DNA from: Jimgerdemannia flammicorona
Taxonomy: Eukaryota
DNA: 33,154 nt
NCBI GenBank assembly: GCA_003990765.1
Contig: RBNJ01000322.1
Location: forward strand, 1 to 33,154
Reading direction: 5' to 3'
Below are positions 10,685-20,800 of this stretch, piece by piece (the first letter of the stretch is position 1; every line of letters begins with the position of its first letter). Below the pieces are notes generated by a model. It was not told the DNA's origin and searched no databases. It saw nothing but the letters and a program-made list of their open reading frames with translations. The translations under genes and the position numbers were made by a program.

Positions 10685-13335
10685 TTACTGCGATTCCTGA
10701 TGATACGACGCTTTCCTCATCTCGGCCAACACCCTCCTCGCGTCCGTCAACTCCTTATCCAGTTTCAAGATCATAACTTGCTGTTCCATCTCCTTAACCT
10801 TATACTCCCTCGCCGACAGAGCGTTATAATCAATCTTACTCTTGTTCTTCTCCTCCAACTGCTTGGCCGCCAGTGCCTTAACAGCCTTGACGAGCAAGTT
10901 TGCGGCGTCCGTCACGGCTTTTGCGGCGAGCTCGAGTTTCTCCTGCGTCTTGGACATGAACGACGCCTTGACGCGCGACGCGGCCACGAGCTGGGCCGTC
11001 GCGGCTGACACCTCGTTCGATGCAACGATCAGGTGTTCGAGGGTACTCGTGCCGGAAATGACGCCATCGGCGGCCTCGACCAACAAGTTTGTCGCGATGG
11101 CGACGGCCTTAGCTGCGGAGATGAGGCCCTCGGTCCAGCGGTTGTTCTTCTTGTAAAAGGCCTCCTTGGTGCTGGAGCCACGGCCCTGCGACACAATCTC
11201 CTGCTGTGATGCCGTGGCGGCCTTGATCAGATTGGCAATCGCATTCGTGATGCCCATCACGTACTCGAGGATCGCCGTGTGCACCTGCATGTCGGTCGCG
11301 GACAGCTCAGGGTTGCGTGGCTTGTTGATGAGGGCCAGGATGCGCGCACTCGCGTCCTCAATCACACGCGCGGCGTTCAACATCTCCTTCTCGACGATGT
11401 CGCCAAGCTCGGCGTCTGGTAGGGTGACCACGTGTGCGGCCTCAGTGATGACGAGGCTCTCCGCGACCCTCGAGACCTTCAGGAGGGAATCCTGGACTCT
11501 CATGTTACCCTGGATCACCACCTCAGGTCGCTGTGCCCTCGGCAGAATGTCCAAGTGTGTCGACATGACGTTGCTGAAGTAGGTGATGGCTGACTGGGCG
11601 GACTGCCGGGTGACTCTAATGAGCTCTTCCACAGTCTCGTCCTCCGCCGCCAATCTCGTAATGCCCTTCGCGTTCGTGATGACGTCTTCGATCGCTTGCG
11701 CGAGACTAAGAGCGCGTGTGATGGAGATGGAGTGGTCGCCCAAACCACTGCCATCCATGAACCTGGCAAATGCGGACAGGAATTCGGTAGAGGCAGTGCT
11801 GGCCTTCTCAATCATGGATAGAGTATATTCGGGAGTGGCGTTCTGATTGCCGCCTTGCCCAGGGGCGTCGAGGACGTTGTAGATGCCATCATTAATCTTC
11901 TGAATGCACGTGGTGAGGATACTGTCTGTGATAGCAAATGGATAAATGTTTGCGTGCTTGTCAGAATTTTAAACCGGGATACAGTATGAACAACCAGGAA
12001 AATGAAACTTAAACTGGTTGCACGAAAGCTTACCAAGAATCTGGTTTAACTGTGAAGAATGGTCCAGGGTCAACCTGTCAAGCCTCTCTGCAAGCCCGTT
12101 CTCTTTGTCGCCCATATTCTACGAATTTCAACAATTGCAATGCTAAATGTCAGTAAGTCGATAAGAGTACACATTTCCCTCTCATGATACATAAGTGACA
12201 TCTGCCCACCCATATATACCAACCTGCTGCAAATCAGCCAGCTGCTTCAAGCATTCGTCCATGCCAGCCTGCATGATTTCAATCTCTTCATCTTTTTCCT
12301 AAAATTGGAGAAATCAAAACTATAACTGTAAGCCTCTATTAATTTCAATATACCCAAAAACTTTATATAGTCAATAACCAGAGCATTTGACACCGAATCC
12401 AACCAGTTACCATAAGCTAGCAGATCAAACCGCAAAGCAATGCCCAAAAAACCAACAACAAAACGTACCATCTGAATGCGGTCGGCCTCGCCCTTCTTCT
12501 GATCCAACTGAGCAAGAAGTTCGTCGACTTGCCTTTGCCGGCTCTACGATCGCCAATGCACCGGTGTGAGCATCATCGAACCATGCATCATCCGCATCAT
12601 CCTCCTTCAAAGCTTCACAACGTTCCAACAGACGTCAATCACAGCCCACACCGCCAACTTACCCTGATAGAGTCCTCGAGATCGCTTTTCTCGCGGTTGA
12701 ACTTGGCCAACAGGGCCGCGGTCTCGGCACCCTTGGACTTGCCCAGATCCTCGACACGGGCGTTGGAGTCCGAGAGCTCACGCTTGAGACGGTTCAGCTC
12801 GTCCAGGTGGGTCTGTTCGTGAGATTGCAAGGTAGCGGAGGGATAAATGCGTTGAAGCTTTTGAATGCGGCGTTCTGATTCGGGAGATCACAACATGCAT
12901 AACATATGGCTTAATGGGCAAATGAAATACTCACCCCGCGGAACCGCTCGAGCTCGTTTTTGGCCCGATCGCGCTCACGGATCATATCAGCAAGCTCCAT
13001 GTTCTTGGCCTACATCGACGTTAACAAGCAAAATCCACGATTAACAATCGAAGTTCCGTTTTCCTTCTCATATCCACCCAAAGACCCAAACCAAGCAAAA
13101 CGCCTTCTGACCGATCCAAACACCCACCCTCATATCCGCTTGCATCCTATCCAACTTCTCCACTGCCTCCTGCGCCGAGTTGGCCTTTAGCTGCAGCTGC
13201 TTGAACTTGTTGAGTAGGTCCAGGTGCTCCTGGCGCAGCTGCGAGTACAACTTGGCCAGGGCTTCGTACTTGTTCTTCCACATCGTGATTTGGTCTGCGC
13301 TCGTATGGGGGAGGTAAGAAGCTAATCAGCAATAG

Positions 13336-13377
<42 letters not shown>

Positions 13378-15611
13378 CATCTATTTGACGACAATACCTT
13401 GAAGCGATTTGATCAGCTCATCCTTGGAGGCATCGCGTTGCTGGGAGTTGAAGTTGAGCTGGTTCATCTCGTTCTGGAGCGCTTTCACCCTCTACAACGA
13501 ATCAACCCCCAAAATAATAATAATAATAATCTCGTAAGTTCTCAACCTCAAATATGTTCAACCACCATACCATACAGCCCAATCCCACCCTAATCACCCA
13601 CCACCCCTACCTACCCGATCATATTGCTCGAGCAGCATCTGGTCCCTCTCGAACTGCCCCCTAAGCCCGAGCACCTCCCTCTCGAGCTCCTGAACCTTCC
13701 CCTCAGCCTGCTGCTGCATCTGCCTCCTGAGCAGCTCTTCATGCTGCTGCCTCTCGCGCTCCATCTGCAGCCGCTGCTGCTCCTCGAACTCGCGCTGCTG
13801 CTGCAACTGGAGCATCTGCTGTTGCTGCAGCTCGAACTCCCGTTGCTGCTGCAGCTGGCGCTGCTGCTCCTCGTACTCTCGCTGTTGCTGCGCCTGCGAT
13901 TCGGACCAGAAGTCGATCACAGGCTCGGGCGACGGCTGCACGGGCGGAGGAGTCGGCGTGCGTGGCTTTATCACTGGCGCAGGCGCAGGCGCAGGCGGGG
14001 CGCGTTTGGGGAGCGTGGGGGTGCCGGTGCTAGTGTCGATAAGGGAGGGGGGGTCCTGTAATAAAGGATGAGTGGCGTCGGTTATTTGTGCGGTGGAATA
14101 CGTATGGGAAGATCCTCGATGCTGCCATCGCCAGAGCATATTTGATGGGATCCTCATCTAAAAAATAATAAAAATTCCTAGCACCCAGTCCACAAAAAAA
14201 AAAAAAAAAAAAAAAATTCCAAACCCCCAACACAAAAAAAAAAAAAAAAAAAAAAAAACATTAACACACCTGCGGCAGCTTAGGCACACTGATCAAGCTG
14301 GTCAGGTACCTGAGGTTCGAGCACTCGTAGTAGAACTTGAGTAGTGCATAGTGCTGAGCGTTGTATCTTGTCCTCAGCGGTGTCAGGGCATCCGACGAGT
14401 CCGTTCCTGTTTTCGAGGAGAACGAGGATTATTTTACGGGTCAAGTGAATAAGTGATGATTAAAGCCCGATTCTCGCTCGTTAAATGTATACAAGTATTA
14501 TTGCACACTGAAGGGATCCTAGTTTGTATGACAAAAAAATAAAATCGCATACGTCGATGCATAGCCCTCAGCATGCTCGTGATGAACTTATAGATCGCGT
14601 GGCTCTCCTCCACCAGCGGCACGAGCGCGGCGATACGACATTCGTTGTTGGACGAGGAGCGAAAGTGGTTGAAGATGAGCTTCTGGAACTGATCGATCTG
14701 GTCCTGGAGGTTCATGAGATCCGAGATGGTTTCGTAGCTAAAAGGGTTCGGCGCAGATCGGTCGAGAATGAGGCCGAATTTTCCATGACGCGGAAGCTCT
14801 CCAGCCTCAACAACAACAATCTCATGCGAGAAACGTACCCCTCGTTCGGATCGTCGATGTTTTTCAGCGAGATGTACTCCTCGTAGTCGAAGTTTCCAGT
14901 GAACTCCGGGTGCAGCCGGTGGTAGTTGAGCTTCTTCATCAGAAATTCAACATAGGCGCGGATCAGGATGCCGTAGCCGCGTTGACCCTCGCCCATGACC
15001 GAGCGGGCGCAGGCTTCGAGCCAGGTCGTCTCGCGGAGTGCATCTTTGATGGTCTGTGGGAAAGGGGGAAGCAGGGTATGTGAGTCGTTGGAAGATAAGG
15101 AGACTTGGTGAGATGTGAGAAGTGGCTTGGACACGCATTAGTATGGCAACCACGACCAGAAGTACTGTCAAGAAATCCGGCCTTTCCCACACGCCACGCC
15201 TGGACAAGAGGTCCTCTCCGAATTGCAAGCAAAATGGCCCACGTACCACCGGGTGCCCCCCGCGAATGATCTTGTGTACGGTGATGAGGGCCTTGAAAGT
15301 TTGCACCTCATCGGCGAGAATGGGCTGTACTTTGAGACCGTTCCAGACGGACTGGGAGGCGTGATACTCCCACGTGTAGACAATGGCACCTGCGGTAGGG
15401 TGGGAATGGGGAACACGAGATGGGGTTCGTGAACGATTTCGTAAGGAAGGATTGCGCACGCAAAAGACGCGAGTTATGGGCGAGACGTACTTCGGACGTG
15501 CTTCTGCTTCGGGGCGGTCTCGTCCGGGTTTGTGGCTTTCTTGATGTTGAGGGAGAGCTCAGACTCTGCCTTCTCTCGGTCAACGGAGCGTGAGGGTAAA
15601 TAGGAAGACAT
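10685..15611 (-). CDS. SLA2: Sla2/End4/HIP1R endocytic adaptor, about 14 exons
   Basis: ANTH domain start IKKATNPDETAPKQKHVR; Pro-rich and Gln-rich linker; coiled coil WKNKYEALAKLYSQLRQEH; C-terminal I/LWEQ (THATCH) domain FYKKNNRWTEGLISAAKAVA...EMEQQV. Exons join through GT-AG introns. Confidence 0.97.
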
Positions 15612-15635
15612 TATGAGGAGGGAAGGAAGACTGCA

Positions 15636-15684
15636 GTTTGGTTTTCCGATGGGTGGTGTTGTTTGGTTTTCGATGGGTGGTGTT
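15636..15684. repeat. 25/24-bp tandem duplication in the SLA2 5' leader
   Basis: gtttggttttccgatgggtggtgtt followed by gtttggttttcgatgggtggtgtt. Confidence 0.9.
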
Positions 15685-15904
15685 GGGAAGGTGAGATCCG
15701 AGAATAATGGGTGTGTGTGTGTCTGGGAGCCAAGAAAGGCGTTTCCAGTAATATTTAAATGGTCAATGGTCACTGCACATGTGCACCAAACAGGAACGTG
15801 ATGTCACCCTATTGCAAAAATATCCACGAGCTTTACCCCATATCATCCAAACTCAGATGCCAAGCAAAAAACATCAAAACATAGAATATATAATGCTCCT
15901 CCTG

Positions 15905-16442
15905 TCACAACAACAGCGCCACCCATCCCGCCAGCACGGCCGTCCCGCCCAATGGCGTCGTCGGGCCCAAGAACCTGAACCGCTCTCTATTGAACGTGAG
16001 CAGATAGATCGACCCGGAGAATATGATCGTCCCCCCGAGTATCAGCGGGGCCGCGAACGGATTGACGGGTCGGACGCTTCGTGGGATTGACGAGATGACG
16101 AGCAATACCACAGCGTGCATCAGCTGGTATTGAGCCGCTATGGCCCAATTCTACAGGGAGGAGGATGGAGGAAAATGAAGATCGAAAACGGCACGGTCTG
16201 CAGCAATGGACGGCTGGCATTAACTGCGCACCTTAATCTTGTTTGGGTCGTTACTGACGTGTTTCGAGAGCGCGTGGGCTCCGAACGCGCCTAGGCCGAA
16301 GGCGGTCGCGCCTGGGTCAAAGTTCGCGGCATAAGGGACGATCTGCGACTCACATACATAACAATTGGCAAGGTTGAACCTTTGGCTTACCGAGAAGAGC
16401 ACCGGCTCTCCAGTAGAAGGTGGAAGGTTGTGCCATTGCCAT
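15905..16442 (-). CDS. TMEM256: TMEM256/DUF423 family membrane protein, 3 exons
   Basis: Spliced WRAGALL|GATAFGLGAFGAHAL...|NWAIAAQYQLMHAV...GGTIIFSGSIY...LGPTTPLGGTAVLAGW matches DUF423 motifs. Confidence 0.9.
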
Positions 16443-16581
16443 TTCTTATACTAATTATGTGTTTGGTTCTGTAAGTTGGTAACAATAAAGACAAGTTTAT
16501 CACGTGTATAGAACTATGACGTCAACATAAATGTGTTTGCTCACTCCAGTGAATTTCGGCTCTCTTCCCAAACACGCTGAT
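16443..16581. promoter_or_regulatory. Bidirectional promoter TMEM256/NDUFA5 with E-box CACGTG (16501-16506) and CRE TGACGTCA (16517-16524)
   Basis: Divergent ATGs are 139 bp apart and both palindromic motifs are visible. Confidence 0.55.
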
Positions 16582-17154
16582 ATGAACTTCACCCGGACAC
16601 TCTTGAACGCAGTCCAGAAGGTAAGACAACCTCTACCCTCTGTTACCCACCCACAACACAACCTGTCTAAATGCCACACCTGCAATTCAACAGACGACCA
16701 CGGGTATCACCGGCATCGCCGTACACCCTACTCCGCGCCCGCACCTCATAAAGACGTACGGCGACACGCTGACGGCGCTCTCGCGGCTCCCAGCGACGGC
16801 GGTGTACCGGCAGGCGACTGAGGCGCTGACGCAGCACCGACTGGCCGTGGTGGAGTCAACGGAGGACCTGGGCGAGATCGAGGCCAAGATCGGCGCGGGG
16901 CAGATTGAGGAGGTTATCATCCAGGCCGAGGACGAGCAAAGACTCGTCGCGAAGATGGCCGAGTGGAAGCCGTGAGTAGGCGGGATGGGACTCTTGGTGT
17001 GGCTTCGATCTTCTCAAATTTGAAGTCTGAAAACCTCGGGAGGGGGGTTTTTTTTCCTCACCTCTTCTTCGTTTTCCCTCGCTCTCAATCTAGATGGGAG
17101 CCCCTCGAGACCGCGCCCCCGGAGGGCCAATGGAACTATAACTTGCGAGAATAA
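16582..17154 (+). CDS. NDUFA5: NADH:ubiquinone oxidoreductase subunit B13/NDUFA5 (NUFM), 3 exons
   Basis: Exons 16582-16620, 16694-16971 and 17094-17154 give KTTTGITGIAVHPTPRPHL...YRQATEALTQHRL...IGAGQIEEVIIQAEDE...WKPWEPLETAPPEGQW. Confidence 0.95.
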
Positions 17155-17240
17155 ATCTAGTATCCTCCCACCTCATCCACCCAGCGCACAACTTGCCATG
17201 TACAAAACGAGCCGAAAAAAATGAATTTAACACGTGGATG

Positions 17241-17378
17241 ATCAAATCGATGTTTTTTTTTTTTTTTTTTTTAAGTATAGATGTCGGGGGATGAAAGAGG
17301 ACATTCAATGGAAAATTTGAGCAGGAGCCCAAATTTTCTATTTTCACTTCATGTTCCGGCATCATCAAATCGATGTTT
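17241..17378 (-). mobile_element. Short retroposed-like insertion with a poly(A) tail on the minus strand, an internal hairpin and a 15-bp target-site duplication
   Basis: ATCAAATCGATGTTT occurs at 17241-17255 and at 17364-17378. T20 lies at 17253-17272 and a stem-loop at 17311-17338. Confidence 0.55.
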
Positions 17379-17399
17379 GGATATCGCTCAAGGATTTCT

Positions 17400-17429
17400 G
17401 GCTAATGATGGCTAATGATGGCTAATGAT
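17400..17429. repeat. (GGCTAATGAT)3 tandem repeat
   Basis: Directly visible. Confidence 0.9.
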
Positions 17430-17840
17430 CACTATTGGCTATTGATGGTCAATGCGCACATGATTTTTCTTTCGCTCCTTTTGTCTTGAGCATAAATACT
17501 CTGTGGAGTGTTTGTTGAAGATGTCCTCACTATGTCGGGTGGGTGTGAGAGGTGAACGGGCTAGCAGCGAGCAGTGAGGGAGCGGCTGACGGTGAGCGGC
17601 GGTGAGACAAATAATGCGCTCCTCTGGGTTTTACTGGATGGAGCTGTCCTTAGGGCCTTGGGGTACCAGTTGGACATATTAGACAGTGGTGACCAGTTCT
17701 TGTCCTACCAGGCCTAGGTCGGCCAGCAGAGTCATGTCGGAGCAGGGTTCTCAGCCACAACCGTCGATTGAATCGATCAGATTTATTTCATGACACGAAG
17801 CCTAATCTCCAAAATTCCAATTTCACTCGGGCCATCACCC

Positions 17841-20800
17841 TTACGCCGACTCACCCATCCTCCTATACTCCTCCACACTCCCCCTGACGAGAAACACCCC
17901 GGCATCGATGTCCCTCTCCGCTTGCAACCCAGGCTTTCCACTCACGCCATATCCTCCACCCCCCGGCGTGCAAATCACAATGCGATCACCCTTCCCAACG
18001 ATAGCGGTGTTCTTCCCACCGAGGTTGATCACGCGGCTGGCACCCGTCACTGGGTCACGGCGGATCCACAGGTTCAAGCCGCAGGCACCGTCCTCGCCGC
18101 CCTCGAGGCCGTATGGGTGGTGTACGCGCCGCTCCGACAGAATCGAGACCGCCATATCCTGCTCCAGAAACTCAATGTCGCGGATCACCCCGTCGCCGCC
18201 GTGGTGATGGCCGGCGCCTCCGGAGCCTTTTGTGTAGGGTTGGGGGAGCGGTGGGTCAAGGTGGAGTTCAAGAACAGGAGATGTGATTGTGGTGAAAAGG
18301 ACGCGTACCTGTGCGGAGCGAGAACTCTCGCAAAATAACGGGGTATCGCCGCTCGAGGATCTCGGGATCCGTGATGCGGGTATTGGTTATGTGCTGTATT
18401 GTGAGAAAAATAAGAATGCCATTTAGCTTCGCGAATCGATAGAGAGGATGATGACAATTGAAAGCAAGGGCATGCGCGAGTAATCGTCATGGACATACTG
18501 TGTGTACTCCACCTGGGTAAACATGGATAATAAAGAGTATCGTCAGCAAACAGAATAAATCCAGGTTATGGCAAATACAATGGCAAATCCCCAAACTAGT
18601 ACTTACTTTGACCAGTCCAGTTCGGGCCAGCGCCACTCCCTACAAAAATAATCAGCATCAATCGCCATCATACCATATTCCGAAACCCAAACCCACTCAG
18701 CATCAATCGCCATCATACCATATTCCGAAACCCAAACCCACTCCACCTCCTCCATCCCTCACAACGACTTGCTAACACTCACCCCCAGCAATCGTCTCAT
18801 AATACCCCCACCCCTCCTTTACGACACCCGTCTCCTCGGTCTTTCCCCCCATGCCGAATGTCAGGTTGTTGGTGCATCCCTGGCTGGCGGCGCAGGCACC
18901 GAACGCCTTAAGCACGACATCGACCAGGCGCTGCGAGGTCAGCACGTTGCCGCCGACGACGGCTGAACTCTCCGAGGGCGAGAGGATCGAGTTCGCAGGG
19001 ATGTTGATCGTCACGGGGGTGAGGCAGCCGGCGTTCAGTGGGATGTCGTTCGCGATTAAGGACCGAAGGCAGTAGATAATGGCGCTGTGGGTTACCTGTG
19101 ATAGAAGAAGGGAGTCGGAACCAGGTTTAATGAAACGTCAATGCGATGTTCAAGTGCGACTACTTCGTGAAAATTTACCGACTGCGGAGCATTGCAATTC
19201 CCGTACACCTCTGGCCCGGTCCCCTCAAAATCAAATACGGCTGTCCCCTCTTTCGGATTGATTGTGACCTCGAGCGAGATCGGAGTACCATCATCCATAT
19301 AATCCACGGCCTTCAATCTCCTTCCGCCGACGCGCTGGTTGACATCCTTGAGCAGTTGACGTACGGCGATTTCAGCGTTGTTCCGGATGTACATCATGTA
19401 CGCCTGGACGACCTCGAGCCCGTACTCCTTTATCAGCGCCTTGATGAGCGTGATGCCCTTGTGGTTCGCCGCCACCTGCGCCTTGAGATCGGAAATGTTG
19501 TCACGCAGGCACCGGGTGCCTGAGCAGCCGGGGTACTTGGCGGGGTTCTCGAGGAGGTGCTCGGTAATGCCCTTGAGATCGAAGTGGCCATTCAAGACGA
19601 GCTTGAAGGATTTGATAGCTGCACCTTCTTGGTAAAGCTGAAGAGGGATGAATCAAAACATTCGATGGTTATACACGATTCCCAAGATAAACGCGACAAG
19701 AAATGACTAGAGACGCTACCTCTTTTGAATTCGGCGGCATAGACCCTTCAAAATTGATTGTATATCTGTTAGAACACTTGAAGAAATGGCTCAAAGACAT
19801 GCTTCCAAACCTAATTATCCTGGAAGATGCATTTGACAGCTTACCTGGCGAAATGCCACCAATATCAGCATGATGCCCTCTCGACGCCACAAAGAACACT
19901 ATTTTGCCCTCGTTGAAGACGGGTGTGATGACCGAGATATCTGGGGATTGCGATAAAATAAATAAGAACATCATCAGCAATCTTATTGCAAGAGGCACTA
20001 TTTCAAATGACAAAATATAGAAGCGTGGGATGATCGTTTTTTATCATACCTGGCAGATGGGATCCTCCCGCCAGGGGATGGTTGGACAAGATGACATCAC
20101 CCTCGTGAAGATTGTCTCCATAATGCGCCATTTGGTATTTGACAGCATGGCTCAAGCTGCCCAAATGAATCGGGATGTGGGGTGCTAACATGAATAGTTG
20201 GTAAAAAAAAAAAATCGTACATGAGAACGAGAAAATGAGAAAATCGTGCATAATGACCGAACAAATATCAAGGCTGACAAAGTCGCTCACCATTAGCCAC
20301 CAATCCTCCATCCGGTCCAAACAAAGCGCACGAGAAATCCAATCTCTCCTTGATATTGGTACTGATTGACGTCTTTTGCAACGTCCTTCCCATCTGCTCC
20401 GCAATACTCATGAACCGATGCGAGAAGATGGATAATTGGATCGCATCCAGTTCCGTCGTCACCCTAGGTTTCTCATCCTCACCGATGACGATCGTCACAT
20501 GGTGCGACGTAATCAGCGCCGTGCACGCGGGCTCGATTAGCAGCGTGGCCGTCGCATCGATGATCATGGCAGGGCCGCGGACCTGGTCGCCAACGCGCAG
20601 GTTCTGTAGGATGTAGACGGGTGTGGCGTCGTTGCGGCCCGCAGATTCGAAATAAATCGAAGTATTGGTGTCGGCGGCGGTGGCGTCGACGAAGCGGAGG
20701 GAGCCGTGCTGCTTGATCGCGTTCGTCTCGTCGTACACGGACTGGTATTCGTGATTGATGGCCTTACCAATGCCACGGATGCGGATGTCGTCGACAATGA

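Noticed and set aside
17291..17340. SECIS-like ATGA-N12-AA downstream of NDUFA5
   Set aside because: Helix II does not pair, the GA spacing is wrong, and NDUFA5 has no in-frame TGA.
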